Below are positions 29,398 through 44,269 of a DNA stretch of 64,000 nt, one piece after another; positions within the stretch are counted from its first letter, which is position 1, and the number at the start of each line of letters is the position of its first letter. Under the pieces are notes generated by a model. It made no database searches. It was not told where the DNA came from and saw only the letters and a list, made by a program, of their open reading frames with translations. Location: contig CAVWSM010000008.1 of the NCBI GenBank assembly GCA_963757805.1, positions 2,969 through 66,968 of the forward strand. Reading direction: 5' to 3'. Both the position numbers and the translations under genes were made by a program. The DNA comes from an uncultured Actinomycetota bacterium. GTDB lineage: Bacteria; Actinomycetota; Actinomycetes; Jiangellales; Jiangellaceae.

Positions 29398-30761
29398 TGA
29401 GCGACTTCACCTACACGTCGGCCGCCGATGACGCGGACGCGTTCGGCGATCCCTACGCAGGGGTCCGCGACACCACCGAGGGTCCGGTCTACACCGTCAC
29501 CGGCCAGGACTGGGACTCCATCGTGTCGGCCGCCCAGGCGGGCGAAGAGCGCCTCGTCGTCAACATGGGCCCGCAGCACCCCTCGACGCACGGCGTGCTC
29601 CGGCTTGTCCTCGAGCTCGATGGCGAGAACGTCACCGAGGCCCGCGCCGGCATCGGCTTCCTGCACACCGGCATCGAGAAGAACATGGAGTACCGCACGT
29701 GGACCCAGGGGGTCACGTTCTGCACTCGCATGGACTACCTCATGCCACTGCACAACGAGGCGGCCTACGTCCTCGCGGTCGAAAAGCTGCTGGGGATCAC
29801 TGACGAGATCCCAGAGCGCGCCAAGGTCATCCGCGTGATGATGCTCGAGCTCAACCTCATCTCCTCACACCTCGTCTGCATCGCCACGGGCGGCCTTGAG
29901 ATAGGCGCCCTCACGGTCATGACCAACGGGTTCCGCGACCGCGAGAAGATCCTCGACGTCTTCGAGCTCGTCTCCGGCCTGCGCATGAACATGGGCTACT
30001 TCCGCCCCGGCGGCGTCGCTCAAGACCTACCGCCGGGGGCGGTGGAGCGCGTACGCGAGTGCGTGCAGTGGCTGCGAAAGTACATCCCTGAGTACGAGAT
30101 GTTCATGAACGAGAACGCCATCTTCAAGGGCCGCACGGTGGGGGTGGGCTACCTCGACCTCGCCGGTTGCATGGCGCTCGGCATGACGGGGCCGGTGCTG
30201 CGAGCGGCGGGGCTGCCGTGGGACCTGCGCAAGTCGCAGCCCTATTTGGAGTACGACTCCTATGACTTTGATGTGCCGACCTGGGACACCTGCGACGCCT
30301 ACGGCAGGTTCCGGGTACGCGTCGAGGAGATGAAGCAGAGCCTGCGCATTGTCGAGCAGTGCCTCGAGCGGCTCGCGCCCGGGCCGGTCATGGTGGCAGA
30401 CAAGAAGATCGCCTGGCCGGCGCAGCTTGCGCTGGGTGGCGATGGCATGGGCAATTCCCTCGACCACATCCGCCACATCATGGGCGAGTCGATGGAGGCT
30501 CTGATCCACCACTTCAAGCTGGTGACCGAGGGCTTCCGCGTGCCAGCGGGCCAGGTCTACGTACCCATCGAGTCGCCACGTGGCGAGCTGGGCTGTCACC
30601 TCGTCTCCGACGGCGGCACCCGGCCCTACCGCGCACACTTCCGCGACCCGTCCTTCAACAACCTGCAGGCCGTGTCGGTGATGTCGGAAGGTGGCATGGT
30701 GGCCGACGTGATCGTCGCAGTCGCGAGTCTCGACCCGGTCCTGGGCGGAGCTGACAGGTGA
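29397..30761 (+). CDS. nuoD: NADH-quinone oxidoreductase subunit D
   Basis: 454 aa with [15 protein letters not shown] and a C-terminal ...[11 protein letters not shown]. The start overlaps the nuoC stop. Confidence 0.95.
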   Translation: MSDFTYTSAADDADAFGDPYAGVRDTTEGPVYTVTGQDWDSIVSAAQAGEERLVVNMGPQHPSTHGVLRLVLELDGENVTEARAGIGFLHTGIEKNMEYRTWTQGVTFCTRMDYLMPLHNEAAYVLAVEKLLGITDEIPERAKVIRVMMLELNLISSHLVCIATGGLEIGALTVMTNGFRDREKILDVFELVSGLRMNMGYFRPGGVAQDLPPGAVERVRECVQWLRKYIPEYEMFMNENAIFKGRTVGVGYLDLAGCMALGMTGPVLRAAGLPWDLRKSQPYLEYDSYDFDVPTWDTCDAYGRFRVRVEEMKQSLRIVEQCLERLAPGPVMVADKKIAWPAQLALGGDGMGNSLDHIRHIMGESMEALIHHFKLVTEGFRVPAGQVYVPIESPRGELGCHLVSDGGTRPYRAHFRDPSFNNLQAVSVMSEGGMVADVIVAVASLDPVLGGADR

Positions 30762-31453
30762 GCAATCTCAACGAGGAGACCCGCCAGGAGATGCGCGAGA
30801 TCATCGCGCGCTATCCGGTCCCACGTTCCGCGCTGCTGCCCATGCTGCACCTCGTGCAGAGCTACGACGGCTACGTGACTCCCGAGGCCATCGAGATCTG
30901 CGCCGAGGAGCTCGGCATCACCGAGGCCGAGGTCTCCGGAGTGGCGACGTTCTACACGATGTACAAGCGCCACCCCGCGGGCGACTATCACGTCGGCGTG
31001 TGCACCAACACGCTGTGCGCGGTCATGGGCGGCGACGAGATCTGGAAGCGCGTCACCGAGCACACCGGCCTCGGCCAGGACGAGACCACCGACGACGGCA
31101 AGGTCTCGATCGAGCACGTCGAGTGCAACGCAGCCTGCGACTTCGCGCCGGTCGTGATGGTCAACTGGGAGTTCATGGACAACCAGACCCCGCAGAGCAC
31201 CGTCGACCTGATCGACAAGCTCCGCGCCGGCGAGGAGGTCCGGTCCACCCGCGGGCCACGAGTGTGCACGTTCAAGGAGGCCGAGCGGGTGCTTGCCGGC
31301 TTCAACGACGGGCTGGCTGGTGAGGGGCCGGCGGCAGGGCCAGCCTCGCTCATCGGCCTCGAGCTTGCCCGCGAACGTGGCTGGACCGCACCGCCGGTGC
31401 CGGCCGCACCCGCCAAGGCAACCTCCACGTCCGCGCAGGGGGAGACCACGTGA
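30758..31453 (+). CDS. nuoE: NADH-quinone oxidoreductase subunit E
   Basis: 231 aa with 2Fe-2S ligands in VCTNTLCAV...[10 protein letters not shown]. Confidence 0.95.
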   Translation: MSNLNEETRQEMREIIARYPVPRSALLPMLHLVQSYDGYVTPEAIEICAEELGITEAEVSGVATFYTMYKRHPAGDYHVGVCTNTLCAVMGGDEIWKRVTEHTGLGQDETTDDGKVSIEHVECNAACDFAPVVMVNWEFMDNQTPQSTVDLIDKLRAGEEVRSTRGPRVCTFKEAERVLAGFNDGLAGEGPAAGPASLIGLELARERGWTAPPVPAAPAKATSTSAQGETT

Positions 31454-32760
31454 CCACTCTCGCTCCCGTCCTCTCCGCCCACTGGGACGACGATGACGCG
31501 TTCACGCGCGCCGGCTACGAGCGCCGCGGTGGCTACCAGGCGCTGCGCAAGGCCCTCGGCACGCCGCCCAACGATCTGGTGCAGCTGGTCAAGGACGCGG
31601 GACTTCGCGGCCGTGGCGGTGCGGGCTTCCCGACCGGCCTGAAGTGGGGCTTCATCCCGCAGGACAACCCCAAGCCCAAGTACCTCGTCGTCAACGCGGA
31701 CGAGTCGGAGCCGGGCACCTGCAAGGACATCCCGCTCATGATGGCCACCCCGCACACGCTGGTCGAGGGCGTGATCATCTCCGCCTACGCCATCCGCGCC
31801 AACCGCGCCTTCATCTACATACGCGGCGAGGTGCTGCACGTCGTCCGCCGCCTGCAGGCCGCGGTCGCCGACGCTTACGCGGCCGGATACCTCGGCAGCA
31901 ACATCCTCGGCTCCGGCTATGACCTCGAGCTTGTCGTGCACGCCGGCGCTGGCGCCTACATCTGCGGCGAGGAGACAGCGATGCTCGACTCGTTGGAGGG
32001 CCGACGCGGCCAGCCGCGACTCCGCCCACCGTTCCCCGCCGTGGCGGGTCTCTATGCATCGCCGACCGTCATCAACAACGTCGAGTCCATCGCATCGGTC
32101 GTGCCCATCGTGCAGCACGGCGCCGACTGGTTCGCCAAGATGGGCACCGAGAAGAGCAAGGGCATGGGGCTCTTCTCGCTGTCCGGCCACGTGACCAAGC
32201 CCGGCCAGTACGAAGCCCCGTTAGGCATCACCCTGCGCGAGCTGCTCGACATGGCGGGTGGCGTCCGTGAGGGCCACGAGCTCAAGTTCTGGACCCCGGG
32301 CGGCTCGTCGACGCAGATCCTCACCGCCGAGCACCTCGACGTACCACTTGACTTCGAGAGCGTGGCGGCGGCCGGTTCGCTGCTCGGCACCCGGGCGTTG
32401 CAGATCTTCGACGAGACGGTTTCCGTCGTACGCACCACGCTGCGCTGGGCGGAGTTCTACAAGCACGAGTCGTGCGGCAAGTGCACCCCGTGCCGAGAAG
32501 GCAGCTGGTGGCTCGTGCAGGTGCTGCAGCGGCTCGAGGCCGGCAAGGGCAACGAGGCCGACCTCGACCTGCTCCTCGACATGTGCGACAACATTGCCGG
32601 TCGCTCGTTCTGCGCGCTCGCCGACGGCACGGCGGCCTGTGTCACAAGCGCTATCCAGCTGTTCCGGGACGAGTTCCTCGCCGGCACGCACACGCCGGCG
32701 TGGGAAATGTTCCCGTACGAGGCCAGCACTCTGTTCGCCAGCGCGGGAGCCAACGCCTGA
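31450..32760 (+). CDS. nuoF: NADH-quinone oxidoreductase subunit F
   Basis: 436 aa with [16 protein letters not shown] and [12 protein letters not shown]. Confidence 0.95.
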   Translation: MTTLAPVLSAHWDDDDAFTRAGYERRGGYQALRKALGTPPNDLVQLVKDAGLRGRGGAGFPTGLKWGFIPQDNPKPKYLVVNADESEPGTCKDIPLMMATPHTLVEGVIISAYAIRANRAFIYIRGEVLHVVRRLQAAVADAYAAGYLGSNILGSGYDLELVVHAGAGAYICGEETAMLDSLEGRRGQPRLRPPFPAVAGLYASPTVINNVESIASVVPIVQHGADWFAKMGTEKSKGMGLFSLSGHVTKPGQYEAPLGITLRELLDMAGGVREGHELKFWTPGGSSTQILTAEHLDVPLDFESVAAAGSLLGTRALQIFDETVSVVRTTLRWAEFYKHESCGKCTPCREGSWWLVQVLQRLEAGKGNEADLDLLLDMCDNIAGRSFCALADGTAACVTSAIQLFRDEFLAGTHTPAWEMFPYEASTLFASAGANA

Positions 32761-35222
32761 TGACCGTCACCACAAGCGCGCCGGCCACCGGCGGCGACGT
32801 GCAGAAGCAGCAAGACCTGGTCACGCTGACCATCGATGGCTTTCAGGTGAGCGTGCCCAAGGGCACCTTGATCATCCGGGCCGCCGAGCTGCTCGGCATC
32901 CAGATCCCGCGGTTCTGTGACCACCCGCTGCTCGAACCGGTCGGCGCCTGCCGCCAGTGCCTCGTCGAGATCACCGACATGGGCAACGGCCGCGGCATGC
33001 CCAAGCCGCAGGCTTCCTGCACGACCGAGGTCGCCCCGGGCATGGTCGTCAAGACCCAGCTCACCTCGCCAGTGGCCGACAAGGCGCAGCAGGGGGTCAT
33101 GGAGTTCCTGCTCATCAACCACCCGCTCGACTGTCCGATCTGCGACAAGGGTGGCGAGTGCCCGCTGCAGAACCAGGCGATGAGCAACGGCCGCGGCGAG
33201 GCTCGGTTCACCGGGCGTAAGCGCACCTACCCCAAGCCGATCGCCATCTCTGCGCAAGTCCTTCTCGACCGTGAGCGCTGCGTTCTGTGCGCCCGGTGCA
33301 CGCGTTTCTCGGAGGAGATCGCGGGTGACCCGTTCATCGACATGGTCGAGCGTGGTGTGCTGCAGCAGGTCGGCATCTACGAGAAGGAGCCGTTCGATAG
33401 CTACTTCTCGGGCAACACCATCCAGATCTGCCCGGTGGGCGCACTGACCAGCGCCGCTTACCGCTTCCGTTCGCGACCGTTCGACCTCGTGTCGGTGCCG
33501 TCGGTGGGCGAGCACGACGCGTGCGGTGCGGCCATTCGCGTAGACCAACGCCGGGGCAAGGTCATGCGCAGGCTCGCGGGTGACGACCCCGAGGTCAACG
33601 AGGAGTGGATCACCGACAAGGACCGCTTCGCGTTCCCCTACTCCAGCCTCGACGACCGACTCACCCATCCGCTCGTGCGCAACGAGGAGTCCGGCCTGCT
33701 CGAGCCGGCATCGTGGCCGGCGGCATTGTCCCTGGCCGCCAAGGGACTGCTGTCCGCGCGCGCCGGCCTGGGTGCCGCCGTCCTGACCGGTGGCCGGGTC
33801 ACCCTCGAGGACGCCTACGCCTACTCGAAGTTTGCGCGCGTTGCGCTGCGTACCAACGACATCGACTTCCGAGCTCGGGCGGTGTCGGCAGAGGAGACGG
33901 CGTTCCTTTCGGCCGTGGTCGCCGGACGCGGGTTGGGCGTCACCTATGCCGACCTGGAGCGGGCGCCCGCTGTGCTCCTCGTCGGGTTCGAGCCGGAGGA
34001 GGAGGCCGGCATCATCTTCTTGCGGCTGCGCAAGGCGGTCCGCAAGCACGGCCTCCTGGTGCACGCCATCGCGCCCTACGCGACCCGTAGCCTCGACAAG
34101 CTGTCTGGCTCGTTGCTGCCTGCCGCGCCGGGCACCGAGGCCGAGCTGCTCGAGGCGATCGCGCGCGGCGACCAGCGGGTGAGCGCGGTTGCCGATGCAC
34201 TCAAGCAACAGGGCGCTGTGCTGCTGGTTGGCGAGCGGCTCGCTTCCATGCCTGGTGCACTGTCGGCCGCGCTGCATCTTGCGGATGCCACCGGCGCACG
34301 GCTCGCATGGATCCCTCGGCGAGCTGGTGAGCGCGGTGCTCTCGAGGCCGGCGCACTGCCCACGCTGCTCCCCGGCGGTCGCCCCGTGAGCGAAGCAGAG
34401 GCGCGCGTCGACGTCGCCGCCGACTGGGGCGTCGACGTTCTTCCATCGCAGGCCGGTCGCGACACCATGGAGATCCTCACGGCCGGCGCTGCTGGGGAGC
34501 TTGACGCTCTGGTGATCGGCGGGGTTGAGCTGGGCGACCTGCCAGACGTCGCGGCTGCTCGCAATGCGCTCGAGACCACGCCGTTCGTCGTCAGCCTGGA
34601 AGTCCGCGCGAGCGAGGTGACCGAGCTCGCCGACGTCGTGCTGCCGGTCGCTCCCGCGGTCGAGAAGGCCGGCACGTTCGTCAACTGGGAGGGTCGCGAG
34701 CGTCCGTTCGGCAAGGCGCTGCTGGAGTCGGGTGCATTGCCCGACGTCAGGGCGCTGTCGCTGATTGCCGATGAGATGGACGCTCCGATCGCGCTGCCAA
34801 CGGTGGAGGCCGCCCGCGACGAGCTCGCCGAGCTCGGCAGCTGGGACGGCGCCAAGGCGGCCGCCCCGTCGGTGGCCGCGCAGGAGCCAGCGGCTCCGGC
34901 GCCGGGCGAAGCGGTCCTCGCCACGTGGCGACTCATGCTCGACGCCGGGCGGTTGCAGGATGGCGAGCCGTATCTTGCGGCGACCGCCCGGCCGCCGGTG
35001 GCCCGGATGTCCGCCGCGACCGCGGCCGAGACGGGCGTCTCCGACGGCGACCCGGTGACGGTGGCGAGCGACATCGGCGCGATCCAGCTCCCGGTGCTTG
35101 TCACCGAGATGCCTGATCGCGTTGTCTGGGTCCCTGCCAACTCCGTGGGCTCGCGCGTCTTCCTCGACCTCGGCGTCGGCGCTGGTGCCGTCGTCAAGCT
35201 CTCTGCTGGGGGGTCTGCCTGA
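32760..35222 (+). CDS. nuoG: NADH-quinone oxidoreductase subunit G
   Basis: ATG at 32760 overlaps the nuoF stop. Motifs are [19 protein letters not shown] and [17 protein letters not shown], followed by a molybdopterin-oxidoreductase-like domain. The part of ORF 32472..35222 upstream of 32760 was rejected. Confidence 0.95.
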   Translation: MTVTTSAPATGGDVQKQQDLVTLTIDGFQVSVPKGTLIIRAAELLGIQIPRFCDHPLLEPVGACRQCLVEITDMGNGRGMPKPQASCTTEVAPGMVVKTQLTSPVADKAQQGVMEFLLINHPLDCPICDKGGECPLQNQAMSNGRGEARFTGRKRTYPKPIAISAQVLLDRERCVLCARCTRFSEEIAGDPFIDMVERGVLQQVGIYEKEPFDSYFSGNTIQICPVGALTSAAYRFRSRPFDLVSVPSVGEHDACGAAIRVDQRRGKVMRRLAGDDPEVNEEWITDKDRFAFPYSSLDDRLTHPLVRNEESGLLEPASWPAALSLAAKGLLSARAGLGAAVLTGGRVTLEDAYAYSKFARVALRTNDIDFRARAVSAEETAFLSAVVAGRGLGVTYADLERAPAVLLVGFEPEEEAGIIFLRLRKAVRKHGLLVHAIAPYATRSLDKLSGSLLPAAPGTEAELLEAIARGDQRVSAVADALKQQGAVLLVGERLASMPGALSAALHLADATGARLAWIPRRAGERGALEAGALPTLLPGGRPVSEAEARVDVAADWGVDVLPSQAGRDTMEILTAGAAGELDALVIGGVELGDLPDVAAARNALETTPFVVSLEVRASEVTELADVVLPVAPAVEKAGTFVNWEGRERPFGKALLESGALPDVRALSLIADEMDAPIALPTVEAARDELAELGSWDGAKAAAPSVAAQEPAAPAPGEAVLATWRLMLDAGRLQDGEPYLAATARPPVARMSAATAAETGVSDGDPVTVASDIGAIQLPVLVTEMPDRVVWVPANSVGSRVFLDLGVGAGAVVKLSAGGSA

Positions 35223-36592
35223 TGTCCGCTGCGACGTCGCACCTGCTCGCAGGGGTCTCGCCCGTGTCGCCGGCCGACGAGGTGGCCGGCTTCGGGGACG
35301 ATCCATGGTGGCTCGTGCTCATCAAGGTGCTGGCCATCTTCGTCTTGCTGGTCCTCTTCACACTGTTCAACATCTGGTTCGAGCGCCGTGTCGTGGCGCG
35401 GATGCAGCAGCGGATCGGCCCCAACAAGCACGGCCCGTTCGGTCTGCTTCAGTCGCTCGCCGACGGCATCAAGCTGGCGCTCAAGGAAGACGTCACTCCC
35501 AAGGCGGCCGACAAGCTGGTCTTCGTCATCGCGCCGATCATCGCCGTGGTGCCCGCGTTCCTGACGTTTTCCGTGATCCCGCTCGGACCCGAGGTCTCGA
35601 TCTTCGGCGAGACCACGCCGCTGCAGCTCACCGACATGTCTGTGGCCGTGCTGATCGTGCTGGCGTTCGCGTCGATCGGGGTCTACGGCATCGTGCTCGC
35701 CGGCTGGTCGTCGGGCTCGACCTACCCGTTGCTCGGCGGCCTGCGGTCGAGCGCCCAGGTCATCTCGTACGAAATCGCGATGGCCCTGTCGTTCGTTGCC
35801 GTGTTCCTCGAGGCCGGCACGATGTCGACCAGCGAGATCGTGGCCGAGCAGACCGATCTCTGGTTCGGCATCATGCTGATCCCGTCGTTCGTGATCTACC
35901 TGATCTCGATGGTGGGTGAGACCAACCGCGCGCCGTTCGACCTGCCGGAGGCTGAGGGCGAGCTCGTCGGCGGCTTCCACACCGAGTATTCCTCGCTGAA
36001 GTTCGCGCTCTTCTTCCTCGCCGAGTACATCAACATGGTCAACGTCGCCGCACTCGCCACGACGTTGTTCCTCGGTGGTTGGCTGGCACCGTGGCCGCTG
36101 TCGGCCATCGACAACGGCGTGCTCAACACGGGCTGGTGGCCGGTCCTCTGGTTCCTCGCCAAGGTCCTTCTCATCGTGTTCGTCTTCATCTGGCTGCGCG
36201 GCACGCTCCCGCGGTTGCGCTACGACCAGTTCATGTCGTTCGGCTGGAAGATCCTCATCCCCGTGGCGCTGGCCTGGATCGCCGTTTTCGCCGGGCTACG
36301 CGTCCTGCAGAACGAGGGCATCGAACGGCGCGAGCTGTTGATTGGCGCGGGCGTCCTCGCGGTCGTGGCCATCGTGCTCGCGCTGTTCGGCGGCGGCGGC
36401 GGTGGGCGCGAGGCGCCGGCGGCAGAGCCGGGGGTTCCGGCGGAGCCACGGGAGGGCGCGTTCGCCGCCTATCCGGTGCCGCCGCTGCCCGGCGAGGCTC
36501 CGCCCGAGCCGGTCGGCGCCACCACAGCCCGTACAACGGGTCTCGCCGACACCAGCGACGACATCTTCACTGGGGAGGAACCCCGTGCCTAA
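35222..36592 (+). CDS. nuoH: NADH-quinone oxidoreductase subunit H (with extra C-terminal TM helix and Gly/Pro/Ala-rich tail)
   Basis: 456 aa with [29 protein letters not shown] and the [17 protein letters not shown] motif. The tail is [22 protein letters not shown]... Confidence 0.9.
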   Translation: MSAATSHLLAGVSPVSPADEVAGFGDDPWWLVLIKVLAIFVLLVLFTLFNIWFERRVVARMQQRIGPNKHGPFGLLQSLADGIKLALKEDVTPKAADKLVFVIAPIIAVVPAFLTFSVIPLGPEVSIFGETTPLQLTDMSVAVLIVLAFASIGVYGIVLAGWSSGSTYPLLGGLRSSAQVISYEIAMALSFVAVFLEAGTMSTSEIVAEQTDLWFGIMLIPSFVIYLISMVGETNRAPFDLPEAEGELVGGFHTEYSSLKFALFFLAEYINMVNVAALATTLFLGGWLAPWPLSAIDNGVLNTGWWPVLWFLAKVLLIVFVFIWLRGTLPRLRYDQFMSFGWKILIPVALAWIAVFAGLRVLQNEGIERRELLIGAGVLAVVAIVLALFGGGGGGREAPAAEPGVPAEPREGAFAAYPVPPLPGEAPPEPVGATTARTTGLADTSDDIFTGEEPRA

Positions 36593-37136
36593 GTGGCTCG
36601 ACTCGGTCACCGCGCCCGTCGCGGGCTTCGGAGTCACCTTCCGGACCATGTTCAAGAAGGTGGTGACCGAGGACTATCCCGACGAGAAGCGGCCGACCGC
36701 ACCGCGCTTCCACGGCCGCCACCAGCTCAACCGTCACCCCGATGGCCTGGAGAAGTGCGTCGGGTGCGAGTTGTGCGCGTGGGCCTGCCCGGCCGACGCG
36801 ATCTACGTGGAGGGTGCGCCCAACACCGATGACGAGCGTTTCTCGCCCGGTGAGCGCTATGGCCGCGTCTACCAGATCAACTACCTGCGCTGCATCCTGT
36901 GCGGGTTGTGCATCGAGGCCTGCCCGACCCGGGCGTTGACGATGACCAACGAGTACGAGCTCGCCGACGACACCCGCGAAAAGCTCATCTACGAGAAGCA
37001 GGACCTGATGGCCCCGCTGCTGCCAGGCATGGAGGAGCCTCCGCACCCGCTGCGGCTCGGCGACTCCGAGCGCGACTACTACCTTGGCGCGGGGCTGCGC
37101 CCGCAGTCCGGTGTGTCGAGCGAGGGGGCCAGGTGA
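36585..37136 (+). CDS. nuoI: NADH-quinone oxidoreductase subunit I
   Basis: GTG at 36585 after GGGGAGGA. Two 4Fe-4S motifs are [12 protein letters not shown] and [12 protein letters not shown]. Confidence 0.9.
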   Translation: MPKWLDSVTAPVAGFGVTFRTMFKKVVTEDYPDEKRPTAPRFHGRHQLNRHPDGLEKCVGCELCAWACPADAIYVEGAPNTDDERFSPGERYGRVYQINYLRCILCGLCIEACPTRALTMTNEYELADDTREKLIYEKQDLMAPLLPGMEEPPHPLRLGDSERDYYLGAGLRPQSGVSSEGAR

Positions 37137-37915
37137 ACGGCGAGGCGTGGTTGTTCTGGATCGTCGCCATCATCTCGGTGGCCGGCGCTCTGGGGCTGGT
37201 CTTCGCGCGCAAGGCCGTGCACGGCGCCCTCTCGGTCGCAGTCACCATGATCGGGTTGGGTGTGCTCTACATCGCGCTCAACGCGCCGTTCCTCGGCGTC
37301 GTCCAGATCGTCGTCTACACCGGCGCGATCATGATGGTGTTCCTCTTCGTGATCATGATCGTGGGCGTCGACGCCTCCGACTCGCGCATCGAGACCATTC
37401 GCGGTCAACGCGGCGCGGCGCTCTTCGGCGGGGCGGCGCTTGGCCTCCTGCTCGTGGTGGTGATCGGCCGTGCGGCGCTCCCGAACGACACGGGCCTCGA
37501 CGGTGCCCAGCCTGACGGCAACATCTCGGCGATTGCCGACGCGATTTTCACCCATTACGTCTGGGCCTTCGAGGTGGCGAGCGCGCTGCTCATCACCGCG
37601 GCGCTCGGCGCGATGCTGCTCGCCCACCGCGAGCGCATCGAGCGCCGGCCAACACAGCGTGAGCTGGCCGAGCGCCGGTTCCGCCCTGCCGACGGCGACT
37701 TCTCGATGGGGGCGGGCCCAGCCAATCCCGGCATCTACGCGCGACACAACTCCGTCGCCACCCCCGGCCTGCTGCCCGACGGCTCGCCCAGCGAGATGAC
37801 GATCTCACGCGTTGTGGCTGCCCGCGGCGCGGAGTCGTCGACCGAGGCCAGTCATGACATCGAGCACCTCCAGGCCGACGAGGAGAAGCACATGCTCGGT
37901 GGTGAGGAGCAGTGA
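37133..37915 (+). CDS. nuoJ: NADH-quinone oxidoreductase subunit J
   Basis: GTG at 37133 overlaps the nuoI stop (GTGA). Translation includes [23 protein letters not shown]...[20 protein letters not shown], with a hydrophilic C-terminal tail. Confidence 0.9.
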   Translation: MNGEAWLFWIVAIISVAGALGLVFARKAVHGALSVAVTMIGLGVLYIALNAPFLGVVQIVVYTGAIMMVFLFVIMIVGVDASDSRIETIRGQRGAALFGGAALGLLLVVVIGRAALPNDTGLDGAQPDGNISAIADAIFTHYVWAFEVASALLITAALGAMLLAHRERIERRPTQRELAERRFRPADGDFSMGAGPANPGIYARHNSVATPGLLPDGSPSEMTISRVVAARGAESSTEASHDIEHLQADEEKHMLGGEEQ

Positions 37916-38211
37916 GCGCAACTGCTTACGTTCTGCTCGCGACGGTGCTGTTCACCATCGGCGCGGTTGGCGTGCTCGTCCGACGCAACTCCCTTGTCGT
38001 CTTCCTGTGCATCGAGCTGATGCTCAACTCCGCCAACCTGGCGTTCGTCGCGTTCGCACGGATGCACGGCAACATCGATGGTCAGGTTATGGCGCTGTTC
38101 GTGCTGGTCGTCGCAGCCGCGGAGGTTGTCGTCGGGTTGGCCATCATTATGGCGATCTTCCGGACTCGCAGGACTGCGTCGATCGACGACGCCAGCCTGC
38201 TGAAGTACTGA
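37912..38211 (+). CDS. nuoK: NADH-quinone oxidoreductase subunit K
   Basis: 99 aa with 3 TM helices and [17 protein letters not shown]...[12 protein letters not shown]. Confidence 0.95.
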   Translation: MSATAYVLLATVLFTIGAVGVLVRRNSLVVFLCIELMLNSANLAFVAFARMHGNIDGQVMALFVLVVAAAEVVVGLAIIMAIFRTRRTASIDDASLLKY

Positions 38212-38222
38212 GGGGTTGACGG

Positions 38223-40157
38223 GTGACCACGACCACGCTGCTCGCCGCGACCGTGCCGGCGGAGCCGGTGCAGTCGGCCGATGGGGTGTTCTCCCTCATG
38301 TGGCTGCTCATCGCGCTGCCGGCGATTGGTGCTGCGGTGCTGCTCCTCGGCGGCAGGGCCACCGATCGCTGGGGGCACCTGCTCGGCTGCTTCACGGTGC
38401 TGGCATCGTTCCTCCTCGGCGTCGTGATGTTCGGTGCCATGCTCGGCGAGGCTGCTGACGAGCGAGCTTTCGACCAGCATCTCTATACCTGGATCCAGGT
38501 CGGCGATTTCGACGTCAGCGTCGGACTGCTGCTCGACCAGCTCTCGATGGCATTCGTGCTGCTGATCACGGGCGTGGGTGGGCTCATCCACATCTACTCG
38601 ATCGGCTATATGGCGCACGACGAGCGTCGACGGCGGTTCTTCGGCTACCTCAACCTGTTCGTCGCGGCGATGCTGCTGCTGGTGCTCGCCGACAACTACC
38701 TGGTGCTGTACGTGGGCTGGGAGGGCGTGGGCCTGGCCTCCTACCTGCTCATCGGCTTCTGGCAGCACAAGGACTCGGCGGCGGTGGCAGCCAAGAAGGC
38801 GTTCATCGTCAACCGGGTCGGCGATGCCGGCATGTCGCTCGCGATCATGTCGATGTTCGTCGTCTTCGGCACGACTGCGTTCGCCGGCGTCTTCGCGGAG
38901 GCCGGCGAAGCCAGCCAGGGCTGGCTCATTTGGATCGGCTTCATGCTGTTGCTTGCGGCTTGCGGCAAGTCGGCCCAGTTCCCGCTGCAGTCCTGGTTGC
39001 TCGACGCGATGGAGGGTCCAACCCCCGTGTCGGCGCTCATCCACGCGGCGACGATGGTCACCGCCGGCGTCTACCTCATCACCCGATCCAACGTCATCTT
39101 CGACCTTTCTCCGGAGGCGGCGACCGGCGTCGTCGTGGTCGGCACGATCACCTTGCTGATGGGTGCGATCATCGGTTGCGCCAAGGACGACATCAAGAAG
39201 GCGCTGGCCGGCTCGACGATGAGCCAGATCGGCTACATGATGGTGGCCGCTGGGCTGGGTCCGGTCGGCTACGCGTTTGCGATCTTCCACCTGCTCACAC
39301 ACGGTTTCTTCAAGGCCAACCTGTTCCTTGGGGCCGGCTCGGTCATGCACGGCATGAACGACGAGGTCGACATGCGTAAGTACGGTGGGCTGGGCCGCTA
39401 CATGCCCGTCACCTATGCGACCTTCGCGTTCGGCTATCTCGCCATCATCGGCATCCCGCCTTTCGCCGGGTTCTTCTCCAAGGACAGCATCATCGAGGCC
39501 GCGTTCAGCCAGACCTTCTTCGTAGGGTTATGCGCGCTGCTCGGCGCCGGCATCACCGCTTTCTACATGACCCGAGTCATGCTCATGACCTTCCTCGGGC
39601 AGCGACGGTGGGACGACAACCAGCACCCGCACGAGTCGCCCCGCGTCATGACCTGGCCGCTCATCATCCTCGCGTTCCTGTCGCTGGTCGGTGGCGCGGC
39701 ACTGCTCTACGTCGGCGGCGGCATCGTCGACTGGCTTGAGCCGGTTGTCGGCGAGGAACACGTCGAGCTCGGCATCCCGATCTGGGCGCTGACTCTCATC
39801 ACGCTCGCGGTGGTGGCCATGGGTGTCCTGATCGCGTTCCGCATGTACGGCGCGCAGTCGATCCCGCGGGTCGCACCTCGGGGCTCGTTCGTCACGGTCG
39901 CCGCCCGCAAGGACCTGTACGGCGACGCAGCCAACGAGGCGTTGCTCATGCGCCCCGGCCAGTACCTCACACGCACACTCGTCTACGTCGACAACAAGGG
40001 GGTCGACGGCGCGGTCAACGGATTGGCCGCCGGGATCGGCGGACTGTCCGGCCGGATGCGCAAGCTGCAGACCGGGTTCGCCCGTTCCTACGCACTCTCG
40101 ATGCTCGGCGGCGCGCTGCTCGTCGTCGTAGCCATGCTGCTGGTGAGGATCTCGTGA
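38223..40157 (+). CDS. nuoL: NADH-quinone oxidoreductase subunit L
   Basis: 644 aa antiporter-like subunit with [15 protein letters not shown] and [34 protein letters not shown]. Confidence 0.95.
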   Translation: MTTTTLLAATVPAEPVQSADGVFSLMWLLIALPAIGAAVLLLGGRATDRWGHLLGCFTVLASFLLGVVMFGAMLGEAADERAFDQHLYTWIQVGDFDVSVGLLLDQLSMAFVLLITGVGGLIHIYSIGYMAHDERRRRFFGYLNLFVAAMLLLVLADNYLVLYVGWEGVGLASYLLIGFWQHKDSAAVAAKKAFIVNRVGDAGMSLAIMSMFVVFGTTAFAGVFAEAGEASQGWLIWIGFMLLLAACGKSAQFPLQSWLLDAMEGPTPVSALIHAATMVTAGVYLITRSNVIFDLSPEAATGVVVVGTITLLMGAIIGCAKDDIKKALAGSTMSQIGYMMVAAGLGPVGYAFAIFHLLTHGFFKANLFLGAGSVMHGMNDEVDMRKYGGLGRYMPVTYATFAFGYLAIIGIPPFAGFFSKDSIIEAAFSQTFFVGLCALLGAGITAFYMTRVMLMTFLGQRRWDDNQHPHESPRVMTWPLIILAFLSLVGGAALLYVGGGIVDWLEPVVGEEHVELGIPIWALTLITLAVVAMGVLIAFRMYGAQSIPRVAPRGSFVTVAARKDLYGDAANEALLMRPGQYLTRTLVYVDNKGVDGAVNGLAAGIGGLSGRMRKLQTGFARSYALSMLGGALLVVVAMLLVRIS

Positions 40158-41671
40158 CGTTTCCCTGGCTGACCGTCCTCGTCGCGGTGCCCGCCGTCGG
40201 CGCTTTCCTTGTTGCGCTGACGCCTACTGGACGCGACCTGCTGGCCAAGCAGCTCGCCATTGTGGTCGGTCTTGCCACTCTGGCCGTCTCGATCGGCGCA
40301 GCGCTGCAGTTCGAGACCGGCGGCCCACAGTTCCAGCTCACAGACACGTGGACATGGATCGAGCCGATCGGCGTGCACTGGGCCGTCGGCATCGATGGTG
40401 TCGCGCTCGCCCTCGTTCTGCTCACGACGATCGTGACGCCGCTCGTGCTGGGCGCCATGTGGCACGAGGCCGACGGCCGTGGCAGTGTCAAGGGCTACTT
40501 CGCCCTGCTGCTCCTCGTCGAGGCGATGGTGCTGGGCGCCTTCGTCGCGGTCGACGTGCTGCTGTTCTACATCCTCTTCGAGGCGATGCTGATCCCGCTC
40601 TACTTCCTGGTGGGGCTCTACGGAGGACAGCGTCGGCAGTACGCAGCGGTCAAGTTCCTGCTCTACAACCTGTTCGGCGGGCTCATCATGCTCGCCGCCG
40701 TCATCGGCCTGTTCGTCCAGTCGTCGCGCGCGGGCAACCCGACCTTCCTGCTCACCGACCTCACCCAGCTCGACATCCCCGAGAGCACACAGGCGTGGCT
40801 GTTCCTCGGGTTCATGATCGCCTTCGCGATCAAGGCACCGTTGTTCCCCTTCCACACCTGGCTGCCCGACACTGCGGCCGAAGCCACACCGTCCAACGCC
40901 GCCTACCTGTCCGGGGTGGTGGACAAGGTCGGCACCTTCGGCATGATCCACCTGTGCCTGCCGCTGTTCCCCGACGCCGCCCGCACCTACGCACCGGTGC
41001 TCGTCACCCTGGCCGTGATCAGCATTCTCTACGGTGCCCTGCTCGCGATCGGGCAGACCGATCTCAAGCGGCTCATCGCCTACGCGTCCATCTCGCACTT
41101 CGGCGCGATCGTGCTCGGCATCTTCGCCTTCACGACCCAAGGGCAGTCGGGCGCCACGCTCTACATGGTCAACCACGGCCTGTCGACAGTGGCGCTGTTC
41201 TTCATCGTCGGGTTCCTCATCGTCCGGCGCGGCTCGTCGCTGATCGACGACTACGGCGGTGTGCAGAAGCCCGCGCCGATCCTCACCGGCGTCTTCCTGG
41301 TCGCCTGCCTGTCTACGCTTTCGCTGCCAGGACTGTCGACATTCGTCAGCGAGTTCCTGGTGCTGGTCGGTACGTTCAGCCGCTACCGGGTCGCGGGCGG
41401 ACTCGCCGTGCATCGGCATCGTGCTTGCCGCGATCTACATCCTGTGGGCCTACCAGCGCACGATGACCGGCCCGGTCCGCCCGCAGACCGAAGGCTTCCC
41501 CGAGATCAACCGACGGGAGCTTGCCGTCGTGGCACCGCTGCTCGCGCTGATCATCGTGCTCGGCGTCTACCCCAAGCCGATCATCGACGTGATCAACCAC
41601 GGCGTGATCCCGACCATGGAGCAGACAGGGCAGACCGATCCTGAACCGCTCGTCGCAGAGAGGACCGGCGA

Positions 41672-41675
<4 letters not shown>
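40154..41675 (+). pseudogene. nuoM: NADH-quinone oxidoreductase subunit M, frame-disrupted as assembled
   Basis: ORF 40154..41644 reads as NuoM up to ...FVSEFLVLVGTFSRYRVAGGLAV. The conserved end IGIVLAAIYILWAYQRTMTGP...VYPKPIIDV is in ORF 41259..41675. One extra base lies near 41408-41412. The stop overlaps the nuoN start. Confidence 0.9.
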
Positions 41676-43245
<1,570 letters not shown>

Positions 43246-43249
<4 letters not shown>

Positions 43250-44254
43250 GCAACGCCACCAGCGACCAGTCGGGGCTTGGGATCCCTGCGGTCGACCCGA
43301 CGTTGGAGGCTGCCGTCCGTGCCGGGCTCGAGGAGGTCGAGCTGCAGCTGCGGGAGGCCGTGAAGAGCGAGGACGAGTTCGTCTCGGAGGTATCCCGGCA
43401 CCTGCTCGACGCCGGCGGCAAGCGGTTTCGGCCGATGCTGGTCCTGCTCGCCGCTCAGCTCGGCGACGCCGAGGCGCCTGGCATCGTGCCGGCGGCCCTG
43501 GTCGTCGAGCTCACCCACGTGGCGACGCTCTACCACGACGATGTCATGGACGAGGCCGCTCTTCGGCGCGGAGCACCGAGCGCCAACAGCCGCTGGGACA
43601 ACAGTGTCGCCATCCTCACCGGTGACTACCTGTTCGCCAAGGCGTCCGAGATCGTGGCCGACCTCGGACCAGAAGCCGTACGGCTGCAGTCGCGCACCTT
43701 CCAGCGGCTGGTCACCGGGCAGCTGCGCGAAACCATCGGGCCGGGCAGTGGCGACGAGCTCGAGCACTACCTGTCGGTGCTGTCGGACAAGACCGGTTCG
43801 CTCATCGCGACTTCCGCCAGGTTCGGCGCATGGCTGTCTGGCTCTGACGAGGACGTCGTCGACGCGGTGACGGCCTACGGCGAGCGCATCGGGGTGGCGT
43901 TCCAGCTCGCCGACGATCTGATCGACATCGCGCGCAACACCACTGAGTCGGGCAAGACACCCGGGCACCGACCTGCGTGAAGGCGTGCGCACCCTCCCCG
44001 TGCTGCTCGCGCTCCGGTCGGTTGATCCCGCTGACGAGCGCCTGCATCAGCTGCTCGCCGGCCCCCTCGACGCCGATGCCCGGCACGCCGAGGCATTGGC
44101 ACTGCTGCGCGCGCACCCCGCTATGGCGCAGGCGCGCGGCGAGGTGCAGCGGTGGGCCGACGAGGCTCGAGCGCTCCTGGCGCCCGTGCCCGACGGCGCG
44201 GCGCGGCGGGCGCTGGAGTCGGTCTGCGATGCCGTCGTGACCCGTACGGGCTGA
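43246..44254 (+). pseudogene. trans-polyprenyl diphosphate synthase (GrcC1/HepT-like, menaquinone side chain), frame-disrupted as assembled
   Basis: The first Asp-rich motif is LYHDDVMDE and the second is FQLADDLIDI. After GKTPG the expected TDLREGVRTLPVLLAL continues in ORF 43985..44254. A single extra C at about 43966 (cccgggCaccgacctg) breaks the frame. Confidence 0.85.
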
Positions 44255-44269
44255 CGCGAGCGTCGGGTC

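Noticed and set aside
32457-35980. Very long minus-strand ORFs (949 aa and 634 aa) opposite nuoG/nuoH. Similar shadow ORFs occur at 793-1725, 17215-18384, 17796-18875, 18929-20083, 38082-39350, 40088-41419, 43066-43992 and 52551-54653.
   Set aside because: Their composition is dominated by Arg, Pro, Gly and Ala, and they carry no recognisable motifs. Each lies antisense to or out of frame with a gene that has strong family signatures.
41390-41420. Programmed ribosomal frameshifting as the explanation for the nuoM break and the other frame breaks.
   Set aside because: There is no slippery heptamer or downstream structure at the sites. The breaks affect unrelated genes in both directions at a roughly uniform density, which fits indels better.
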